From NCBI GenBank assembly GCA_047637555.1, contig JBLIKX010000001.1, positions 8,294 to 72,293 of the forward strand: a stretch of 64,000 nucleotides of DNA. Direction: 5' to 3'. This DNA comes from Crocinitomicaceae bacterium (GTDB lineage: Bacteria > Patescibacteriota > Minisyncoccia > Phycocordibacterales > UBA1006). Numbering within the stretch: position 1 is the stretch's first letter; each line of letters opens with the position of its first letter. Both the position numbers and the translations under genes were made by a program. Positions 51,164-59,336 of this stretch are shown here, one piece after another. A model generated the notes under the pieces. The model did not search any database and was not told the DNA's origin. It saw only the letters and a program-made list of their open reading frames with translations.

Positions 51164-52249
51164 TTGCGAATATATATTATGAAAAAAATACGAAAAATTA
51201 AACTAAACTTTAAACCACAAACCTCTTCAAAAAAACTTTTGAAAGGATTAAAAAATAGAGATCGTTATGTCCTTGAAAGTCGTTTTGGACTTGAAGACAT
51301 CAATAAAAAAACTTTAGAAGCTATTGGTCAAGAATATGATATTACACGAGAACGTGTCCGTCAAATTCAAGACGCTGCCTTAAAAGCCATTCGTAAATCT
51401 GATAATTATGAAGAAGCTCGAGAAGTTTTTGAAGAAATTGAAACAATGATAAACAATTTTGGTGGAGTTGTTTCTGAAGACCATTTTCTTGATCATACAC
51501 ATGAGGATGAATTAATTCAGAATCATATTCATTTTCATCTTGTTATAGGTGATACTTTTAAGAAGCACAAGGAAGATAAAAAATTCCGTGCTCGTTGGTC
51601 AGTAAATGGAGAATTAACTGACAAGGTTCACTCAGCATTAGAAAAACTACACGACCATGTAACTGACGAAGAACTTCTTTCGGAAGAACAAATGGTTCTA
51701 AAATTCCTCGATCGTTTAGATGGTGTTGAGGATGGTTATGTAGATAATGAGATTGCTCAGCAATTTCTTATGCTTTCAAAACTTGTGGCTAAAAATCCAC
51801 TTGGTGATTGGGGATTAACATCTTCACAAAATATTTCAGTTCGAGGTATTCGTGATTATGCCTACCTCATTATGAAAAAAAATGGTTCACCTATGCACTT
51901 TAGAGAAGTGGCTGAATCTATCACTGATACCTTTGATAAAAAAGCTCATCCTGCAACAACTCATAATGAGTTAATCAAAGATGACAGATTTGTTCTTGTT
52001 GGAAGAGGGATGTATGGATTGAAAGAATGGGGTTATCGATCAGGCGTTGTAAAAGATGTCATTCGAGACCTTATTGATGAGCGTGGTCCATTAGCAAAAG
52101 AAGAAATTATTGAATCTGTTCTCAAGGAACGATATCTGAAAGAAAATACTATTTTAGTAAATCTCTCTAATAAGGATTACTTTAAGAAGGACGAAGATGG
52201 AAAGTACGTTCTCGCTGAGGGAGCAAAGAAAAAACTTAAAAATAAGTAA
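51164..52249 (+). CDS. putative transcription factor: N-terminal sigma-70 region-4-like HTH plus C-terminal HARE-HTH (RNAP delta-like) domain
   Basis: N-terminus LESRFGLEDINKKTLEAIGQEYDITRERVRQIQDAALKAIRK closely parallels sigma-70 region 4.2 (compare rpoD in this window: [21 protein letters not shown]); C-terminus GSPMHFREVAESI...HPATTHNELIKDDRFVLVGRGMYGLKEWGY matches the HARE-HTH signature (PLHYKEI...TPEATM...RFV.VGRG.YGL.EW). Confidence 0.6.
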   Translation: MRIYIMKKIRKIKLNFKPQTSSKKLLKGLKNRDRYVLESRFGLEDINKKTLEAIGQEYDITRERVRQIQDAALKAIRKSDNYEEAREVFEEIETMINNFGGVVSEDHFLDHTHEDELIQNHIHFHLVIGDTFKKHKEDKKFRARWSVNGELTDKVHSALEKLHDHVTDEELLSEEQMVLKFLDRLDGVEDGYVDNEIAQQFLMLSKLVAKNPLGDWGLTSSQNISVRGIRDYAYLIMKKNGSPMHFREVAESITDTFDKKAHPATTHNELIKDDRFVLVGRGMYGLKEWGYRSGVVKDVIRDLIDERGPLAKEEIIESVLKERYLKENTILVNLSNKDYFKKDEDGKYVLAEGAKKKLKNK

Positions 52250-52251
52250 AC

Positions 52252-52280
52252 AAAAAAACATACTCTGTATGTTTTTTTGT
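52252..52280. terminator. rho-independent terminator after the HTH gene
   Basis: aaacatac-tct-gtatgttt followed by a T run. Confidence 0.7.
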
Positions 52281-52309
52281 TTTGTATATTAAAGTGATAC
52301 ACTAATGGT

Positions 52310-53518
52310 ATGAATGTAGTTATATCTGCAATAATTAATACAGCTTTTGTTTGGCTTCCTGTTATCTTAGGGGTTGTTTTTTGGAAAACATATCTTTCTT
52401 ATAAGCAGAAAGCTTTTTTGGGAAATATAACATATACCATGTTGGAAATCAGTATCCCTAGAAATGTCTATAAATCTCCACAAGCAATGGAGATCGTTAT
52501 TGATGTTCTTCATCATCTTGGTGGAGGAGCTATGGGTAAATATAATCGTATATGGGATGGCGCTGTCTTATATCCTTCATCGTTGGAGTTAGTATCTATC
52601 GAAGGAAAAATTTATTTCTTTATTAGATGTTCTGATAAATTAGCACGAACCGTAAAAACCGCTCTTTATTCACAATACCCTCAGGCTGAAATTAATGAAG
52701 TTGATGATTATACACGCTATGTGCCTAATTATAATTATCACCAAGACTCTTGGAGTTTATATGGAGCTGATTATAAACTAGCAAAGGATGATTTTATGCC
52801 AATTAAAACTTATATTGATTATGAGTTAGATAAAAATGTAGGCTCGTTAGATGAAGAACAGAAAATTGACCCTATTGCGCCACTATTAGAATATTTGGGA
52901 ACGATCAGGTCTGGTGAGCAAATATGGATTCAATTCATTGTGCGTGCTGATCAATTTACAACATGGAGATCTGAAGCTAAAAAATTTATTGAGGAAGTAA
53001 TGGGAAGAGGGAAGCCTATTTTGGATGATGAACCATTTACTACTGTTAAATTAACACATGCCGAGCAAGAACAAGTAAAGGCAATTGAAAGAAGTCTGTC
53101 AAAGTCTGCCTTCGAATGTACTGTGCGTGCCCTATATATGGCACGAAAAGAAAATGAAAATAAAGGAGTTAAGGGCTTTTTTAAGGGACCAATTTTTAAA
53201 GCTTTTAATTCTAATTATCTAAATGCATTTCGAAAAAATGAAGATACTACCTATGATTGGATTTGGCAGGATCTCACAGGATCACGCTATCCGATACTTC
53301 AAAGACGGTTTTTCAATGATTATGTTGAGCGTGCTGGTTTAAATGAAGGGTTCTTGAGGTATGTAAATTTCTTATGGTATAAACGTAATAAACCTATGGT
53401 TTTAACCAGTGAGGAATTAGCTACCCTGTTTCATATTCCTGGACGTGTATCTGAAACAACCGCTGTTGAGCGAATTGAAGCTACAAAATCAGAACCACCA
53501 ACAAACCTACCGATGTAA
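52310..53518 (+). CDS. hypothetical membrane-anchored protein (402 aa)
   Basis: N-terminal TM helix, aromatic-rich globular remainder, C-terminal LTSEELATLFHIPG motif; no nucleotide-binding motif. Confidence 0.45.
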   Translation: MNVVISAIINTAFVWLPVILGVVFWKTYLSYKQKAFLGNITYTMLEISIPRNVYKSPQAMEIVIDVLHHLGGGAMGKYNRIWDGAVLYPSSLELVSIEGKIYFFIRCSDKLARTVKTALYSQYPQAEINEVDDYTRYVPNYNYHQDSWSLYGADYKLAKDDFMPIKTYIDYELDKNVGSLDEEQKIDPIAPLLEYLGTIRSGEQIWIQFIVRADQFTTWRSEAKKFIEEVMGRGKPILDDEPFTTVKLTHAEQEQVKAIERSLSKSAFECTVRALYMARKENENKGVKGFFKGPIFKAFNSNYLNAFRKNEDTTYDWIWQDLTGSRYPILQRRFFNDYVERAGLNEGFLRYVNFLWYKRNKPMVLTSEELATLFHIPGRVSETTAVERIEATKSEPPTNLPM

Positions 53519-53523
53519 TTACT

Positions 53524-54504
53524 ATGTCTGAATATCTGTATCTGTATAAAAAGCAAAATAATCATTTGAAGAAAAAATTGATATACCTTATTAGTTTTTT
53601 TGTTATTGTGGGACTTCTATTTTTGGTGTTTCTCTATAGTCATATTTTTGGATCACAATCGCTTGAGTTAGAAAAACAAATCACTATTCCTCAAGGGTTT
53701 TCATTAAATAAAACTGCAGAATTATTAGTTTCAGAAGGTGTTCTTAATTCTCGAATAAGTCTTATTTTACTTGATAAACAGCAAGGCATATCAGTAAAAG
53801 CAGGAGATTATTTATTCTCAGGAATACAATACCCACGAGAGATTGCACAACGATTAAATACGGGAGCACATGGAGATGTATATATAAAATTAACGATTCC
53901 CGAAGGTTCTACTTTGATACAGGTAGCTGATATTATTTCCCGCTCCTCATTTGAATTCGATAAAGACGTATTTGAAAAAGAAACAAAAGGTTTGGAAGGA
54001 TATTTATTCCCAGATACCTACAGTTTCTTACCGTCTACTGATACCTCAGAGATTGTACGGGTTCTTACACAAACCTTTAGAAATAAAACAGATTCATTGC
54101 AAGTAGAAATCCAAAAATCTAGTAGATCCCTTAAAGATATTATTATTATGGCCTCTCTCTTAGAGAAAGAAGCTACTGGCAACATTGAAGAACAAAAAAC
54201 AGTTGCTGGCATTCTCTGGAAACGTCTTGATCAGGGTAAATTACTCCAAGTTGATGCACCCTTTAAATATATTTATGGGGAAGTTAAGGCTTCTGACTTG
54301 CGCAAGGACGGTCCTTATAATACTTATACTCGCTTAGGACTGACACCTACACCAATTGGGAATCCTGGTTTAGCCTCAATTCAGGCGGCAATTAACCCTA
54401 CTCAAAGTCCTTATTATTTTTACCTGCATGGTAAAAATGGAAATATTTATTATGGCGTTACCTATAGGGAGCATATTAATAATATTAATCGCTATTTACG
54501 GTAA
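53524..54504 (+). CDS. mltG: endolytic murein transglycosylase MltG (YceG family)
   Basis: N-terminal TM, LEKEATGN...GILWKRL...YNTYTRLGLTPTPIGNPG YceG blocks. Confidence 0.85.
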   Translation: MSEYLYLYKKQNNHLKKKLIYLISFFVIVGLLFLVFLYSHIFGSQSLELEKQITIPQGFSLNKTAELLVSEGVLNSRISLILLDKQQGISVKAGDYLFSGIQYPREIAQRLNTGAHGDVYIKLTIPEGSTLIQVADIISRSSFEFDKDVFEKETKGLEGYLFPDTYSFLPSTDTSEIVRVLTQTFRNKTDSLQVEIQKSSRSLKDIIIMASLLEKEATGNIEEQKTVAGILWKRLDQGKLLQVDAPFKYIYGEVKASDLRKDGPYNTYTRLGLTPTPIGNPGLASIQAAINPTQSPYYFYLHGKNGNIYYGVTYREHINNINRYLR

Positions 54505-54511
54505 ATAGTGA

Positions 54512-55069
54512 TTGTGTACAATACAAGGTATGAAGAATAAGAACTTAGCATTTATTGATATTGAGACTACTGGTTTTGACCCTGAGACACAGGAGATTAT
54601 TGAAATTGGTTGTGTCATTATAAAACAAAACGAAGGAGTTCCTGGTGAAATAGTAGAAGAATTTGAATTAAAAATCAAACCTGAAAAATTAGAAAACGCA
54701 GACCCAGAAGCACTTTCAATTAATGGGTATAACGAAGCAGAATGGTTATTTGCATCGAACTTAAAACAGGCTATGAAAGTTTTTGCAGATAAAACCAAAG
54801 AATGCATTTTTGTCGCACACAATGCTGCATTTGATTGGTCGTTTATTGCAAAAGCATTTGTTACAACAGGTGTCAAAAATAAAATGTTCTATGCTAAAAT
54901 CGATACTATTTCATTTGCCTTTGCCAAACTACACAAGGATGCAACTGTTACTCGATATAATTTAGGTTCTCTTTGTGACAGATTTGGTATTACGAATGAT
55001 CGTGCCCATACTGCTCTAGCTGATACGCATGCAACTCTTGAGGTATATAAAAAACTTCTTGAGCTATAA
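54512..55069 (+). CDS. DEDDh 3'-5' exonuclease (DnaQ/epsilon-like)
   Basis: Exo I FIDIETTGFD, Exo II FVAHNAAFDWSFI, Exo III HTALADTHATLEVY. Confidence 0.8.
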   Translation: MCTIQGMKNKNLAFIDIETTGFDPETQEIIEIGCVIIKQNEGVPGEIVEEFELKIKPEKLENADPEALSINGYNEAEWLFASNLKQAMKVFADKTKECIFVAHNAAFDWSFIAKAFVTTGVKNKMFYAKIDTISFAFAKLHKDATVTRYNLGSLCDRFGITNDRAHTALADTHATLEVYKKLLEL

Positions 55070-55130
55070 AAAAGACACTGAAAAGTGTTTTTATCTTGGA
55101 TTAGAGATTATGATATAATAAAAGTATATT

Positions 55131-55556
55131 ATGCGATACCGAGTATCATGTGGAGTTATACCAGTACATATAAACACGAATGGAAAGATTCGTTTTTTAC
55201 TAGTGCAAGGGCACGGTGACTATTGGGGTTTTCCAAAAGGGCATAAAGAAGGTAACGAAACCCATCTACAAACAGCAATTCGTGAGCTACAAGAGGAAAC
55301 GCAATTAGTAGCTGATAGTTTTTTTGGTAACACTATTTTTACAGAACGATATCGTATACCTAAAAAACGAGGAAGCGATATTATTAAAAAAGTTATTTAT
55401 TTTATTGGTATTATATCTGATACTCGGGTAGTTAGGCAGACTACAGAACTTAAAAATCACGGCTGGTTTAGCTTTGAAGATGCACAGTCAAAACTTTTAG
55501 AGAATCGGGTTGTGATGCTTTCTGAGTTAATGCATTTGCTAGAAAAAAATACTTGA
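55131..55556 (+). CDS. NUDIX hydrolase
   Basis: Nudix box GFPKGHKEGNETHLQTAIRELQEETQL; TGA stop. Confidence 0.8.
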   Translation: MRYRVSCGVIPVHINTNGKIRFLLVQGHGDYWGFPKGHKEGNETHLQTAIRELQEETQLVADSFFGNTIFTERYRIPKKRGSDIIKKVIYFIGIISDTRVVRQTTELKNHGWFSFEDAQSKLLENRVVMLSELMHLLEKNT

Positions 55557-55601
55557 CGTATTTTTTTTAATATGTATTCTTAAGCTAGAAAAAGCCACAC
55601 A

Positions 55602-56453
55602 ATGAAAAAAAATAAAAATGCTAAAAAAGCAAGGCAAGCAAGAATTGCTCGAAAGCAAAGAATAGCAAATATTAATAAGCAGACAAGGCAGGCTAAAAAT
55701 CTTAAGAAACATATTATTCTTTCATACAAAATAGATGAACCTCGTATATTTAAGGTGCTTAAAGAAGAATTTAAAAAAGAATTTACTTCTAATGAATTCC
55801 CAGTAACAGTTACCTCATTAGGGGCGACAGATACTTCTCCTTACCCAAGAATTCAAGTTATATTTCGTTATTTATTATGGAAGCAAGAAGAAGTATTTAC
55901 TTTTTATATTACTGATAGTCCGAGGCTACTAGCATTTGTTGATGCTAATGCTTATGATGTATGGTACCAAATAGGTAAAATTCAAGATTTTCAAGATGAA
56001 AAGAAATTATCAAAAAAAATCCGAGAGATAATTATCTCAAAGAAAAAAGGGAGTAATACTGAATTTAAATTTCTTAAATTTCTGCAATCCGTTATTCCAA
56101 ATTATTTCGAGGTAAAATACGGAAGTAATTTAGATGGGTTAAATATTGATTTTTTTATAGCTAAAAAAGGATGCAAATTCGGCGAAGGTTTTCAAGTTAA
56201 AAGTTCATCTCTTTTTATAGATAGTGAAGGAAAAAAAATAGGTGAAGTAGTAAAAAACTCTTTTCTCCTCATTAAGGATAAAGTTCCTAAACCTATAAAT
56301 GCAGATTATGAATATGCTATTAATGATATCCATACTGTTTATTTAGATAAAAAGACTTTTATTTTACGTGATGGTTTCGGAGACCGCCCCGCAGAACCCA
56401 CTATTTTAGAATTAATTTCTAAACTGGAATCTGAATATTCGAAAACAAACTAA
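55602..56453 (+). CDS. hypothetical protein with a basic N-terminus; possible PD-(D/E)xK-like nuclease core (speculative)
   Basis: GLNIDFFIAKKG...EGFQVK could correspond to D...(E/Q)xK; otherwise no motif. Confidence 0.35.
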   Translation: MKKNKNAKKARQARIARKQRIANINKQTRQAKNLKKHIILSYKIDEPRIFKVLKEEFKKEFTSNEFPVTVTSLGATDTSPYPRIQVIFRYLLWKQEEVFTFYITDSPRLLAFVDANAYDVWYQIGKIQDFQDEKKLSKKIREIIISKKKGSNTEFKFLKFLQSVIPNYFEVKYGSNLDGLNIDFFIAKKGCKFGEGFQVKSSSLFIDSEGKKIGEVVKNSFLLIKDKVPKPINADYEYAINDIHTVYLDKKTFILRDGFGDRPAEPTILELISKLESEYSKTN

Positions 56454-56508
56454 TACATTGCTTTACTTATCAATCTATGAATATAGACTAATAACGTAAA
56501 GTTTTTTT

Positions 56509-57600
56509 ATGCAAAAACAAGAAAATAAAAAAACAATATTCGTAGGGGTTTCTGGTGGGGTAGACTCATCGGTTTCTGCTGCACTCTTAAAAGATCAGGG
56601 ATATTATGTCGTTGGTGTTTTTATGCGCACATGGCAACCAGATTGGATTGAATGTACTTGGACAGACGAACGGCGTGATGCTATGCGAGTTTGTGCTCAT
56701 TTAGATATCCCTTTCGTAGAGCTAGATCTAGAAAAAGAATACAAAGAAGGTGTAGCTGATTATATGATTAGTGAATATCGTTCTGGCAGGACTCCAAACC
56801 CAGATGTTATGTGTAATAGAGAGGTTAAGTTCGGTGGCTTCTTGAAATGGGCACTGGAAAAAGGTGCTGATTATATCGCGACTGGTCATTACGTAGATAG
56901 GCTTGTTGATGCTGTTGGTACTGTTACTATGTTGCGCGGTAATGATGCTCAAAAAGATCAGTCATATTTTCTTTGGACACTCGAACAAGAGCAATTAAGA
57001 CACGTTCGTTTTCCAATAGGAAACATTCCAAAATCTAAAGTCCGAAAATTAGCAAAACAATATAATCTACCAACAGCAACAAAAAAAGACTCACAAGGTA
57101 TTTGCTTTATTGGAGAAATAGATATGAAAGATTTCCTGGGGCATTATATTGATGAGCAACCAGGTGAGGTTGTAAATGTTTTTGGGGACAAAATTGGTAC
57201 ACACAAAGGGTCATTATTTTATACTATTTCAGAACGTCATGGTTTCACTATTAATCCTCAATACAAAGGAACGAATGACAAACCCTATTATGTTATTGCC
57301 AAAGATCTTGAGCTAAATACTATTACGGTTTCTCAGGAACCAAAAAAAAACCAAGGAACTAAGAAAAAAGTATCACTTATTGATATTGTTGATAATAAAA
57401 ATCATCTCAAAAAAGGAATGATACTTCAGGTGCAAATTCGCTATAGAGGTCAGGTAAAGAATATCAAGATTTTAGATATTAATTGCGAACAAAAAACAGC
57501 AGAAATAGAATTTTTTGAATCTGATGCTACTCTTGCAGCAGGGCAGTCAGTAGTTTTCTATAGAGAACAGGAATGCCTTGGAGGAGGTATTCTTGCCTAA
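56509..57600 (+). CDS. mnmA: tRNA-specific 2-thiouridylase MnmA
   Basis: PP-loop VGVSGGVDSSVSA, catalytic Cys context, C-terminal beta-barrel domain. Confidence 0.9.
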   Translation: MQKQENKKTIFVGVSGGVDSSVSAALLKDQGYYVVGVFMRTWQPDWIECTWTDERRDAMRVCAHLDIPFVELDLEKEYKEGVADYMISEYRSGRTPNPDVMCNREVKFGGFLKWALEKGADYIATGHYVDRLVDAVGTVTMLRGNDAQKDQSYFLWTLEQEQLRHVRFPIGNIPKSKVRKLAKQYNLPTATKKDSQGICFIGEIDMKDFLGHYIDEQPGEVVNVFGDKIGTHKGSLFYTISERHGFTINPQYKGTNDKPYYVIAKDLELNTITVSQEPKKNQGTKKKVSLIDIVDNKNHLKKGMILQVQIRYRGQVKNIKILDINCEQKTAEIEFFESDATLAAGQSVVFYREQECLGGGILA

Positions 57601-57957
57601 ATTTAATATATATTGTTTTATTCAACTAATGGGTTTATCTATGATTTCTGATAATTTTTTTTGCTACATGCTACATTAATGAAGTAAGTGCCGCTTATGA
57701 ATCAGGTGAAATTATTGGAGAGCATTATTGAAAATTAGCTATTGCAATTAACAAAAATACAATTTACCAAGTGTTACAAGATCTAAAGAATAAGCTGCAT
57801 TTCTATTTTTATTAATAAGTGCACTTGCTCCTAAAATTGGATTTAGTCATGGAAAATGGTGAAGACGGTTTGCCCTAACACTAGGGTACATACTCGTGCG
57901 GGTCTAGCTTGTCTTTATTTTATGGTGTAGCATTTAATTTTTTTTAGAAAATAATAA

Positions 57958-57985
57958 CCCCCGAGTTTATCGGGGGACTTTTTTA
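57958..57985 (+). terminator. intrinsic terminator hairpin 30 nt upstream of the mgtC start (possible attenuator)
   Basis: cccccga-gttta-tcggggg followed by a T run. Confidence 0.6.
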
Positions 57986-58014
57986 TCTAAAGTGTATCAT
58001 GGTAGTATATAATT

Positions 58015-58494
58015 ATGACAGAATTTGAAATGATATTACGATTGGTACTAGCCTTAGTACTTGGTGCGTTTATTGGCGTAGAGCGAATCCATGCAGGAAA
58101 AAGTGCAGGAATTAGAACTCTCGGATTGGTTGCCTTGGGTTCAGCATTATTTACTATTATCTCGGAAAACGTTGTTGCTGGGTATCCTGGTCTAGACGTT
58201 GATCCATTACGCGTTGGTGCTCAGATAGTAACAGGTATTGGTTTCTTAGGAGCTGGTATGATTATATTTAAGCAAGATCACCTTTCAAACCTTACAACAG
58301 CTGCTGGGGTTTGGGTTGCGGCAGGAATTGGAATGTCGGTTGGTTTTGGTATGTATGGAGTGGGGATTGCGGTAACTATACTTGTTATTATTACCTTTTC
58401 TTTAATGCTTAATTTAGAAATTTACGTTAAACGATTATTTAACAAAAATAACCATTCACAAAAAAATGACCTTACTGAATCTGCTATGAAATAG
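58015..58494 (+). CDS. mgtC: MgtC/SapB family membrane protein
   Basis: RLVLALVLGAFIGVERIHAGKSAGIRTLGLVALGSALF N-terminal MgtC signature; 159 aa. Confidence 0.8.
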   Translation: MTEFEMILRLVLALVLGAFIGVERIHAGKSAGIRTLGLVALGSALFTIISENVVAGYPGLDVDPLRVGAQIVTGIGFLGAGMIIFKQDHLSNLTTAAGVWVAAGIGMSVGFGMYGVGIAVTILVIITFSLMLNLEIYVKRLFNKNNHSQKNDLTESAMK

Positions 58495-58558
58495 TTATTG
58501 ATACAAACCTTGTAGGATTTTTCTTGCTCAAAATGAGTCTTCATCTACAATATACGAG

Positions 58559-59197
58559 ATGAATGTTACTGATGTTTCAAAAAAATACTTATGGATAGAG
58601 CTTATATTACTCTTTGTAATTATTCCTCTTTTACTTGCTCTTCCAGCTTTTATAGAATTAAAAATATTCTCTGTAATAATCGGTTTTGTATATGTACTAT
58701 TCGCTCTCTATGAATATACAAAATTCAAAATTAAAAAACCTCAAAAAAAGCTTATTACATTTTTTTGGAAATCAATTATATTTCGTCTAATTCCAATTAT
58801 AATTTTTGGTCTTATTTTTATAAAATTTATATCACCTGAATCTTTCTTTCGTTTGGTTATTGAGGATACTCGTTTGTGGATAGTAATTATTTTTTTCTAT
58901 AGTCTTGGTTCGGTATTACCTCAAGAGATTATTTACCGAAATTTCTTTTTTCAAAGATACCACTCGTTAATATTGAATCGGAAGTTATTTATTATTATAA
59001 ATGCATTTCTTTTTGCAATAAGTCATTCTTTTCTTAATAGTTGGATTGTTATCGCTGTTACGTTCTTGGGTGGATTAATGTTTGCTTTGACCTATGAAAA
59101 AACTAGATCTACGATATTAGTCACCATAGAGCACTCACTCTATGGTTTAGTATTATTTACAATTGGAATTGGCCCATTACTTGCGTTTCCATCTTAG
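58559..59197 (+). CDS. CPBP-family (CAAX) intramembrane metalloprotease
   Basis: PQEIIYRNFFF (EExxxR) and FAISHSF (His) motifs in a polytopic membrane protein. Confidence 0.7.
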   Translation: MNVTDVSKKYLWIELILLFVIIPLLLALPAFIELKIFSVIIGFVYVLFALYEYTKFKIKKPQKKLITFFWKSIIFRLIPIIIFGLIFIKFISPESFFRLVIEDTRLWIVIIFFYSLGSVLPQEIIYRNFFFQRYHSLILNRKLFIIINAFLFAISHSFLNSWIVIAVTFLGGLMFALTYEKTRSTILVTIEHSLYGLVLFTIGIGPLLAFPS

Positions 59198-59336
59198 AAA
59201 AAAACTTAACAGAAATCTCGTATTTATTTTTGTTGCAGAAATTAAATAGATAAAAAGAGAAGTGCTACTATTGTGGATCTATGTAATAAATATAAATCGA
59301 CTTTTTTAATTTGTTTTTTGCCTTCTTTCATTTAGA

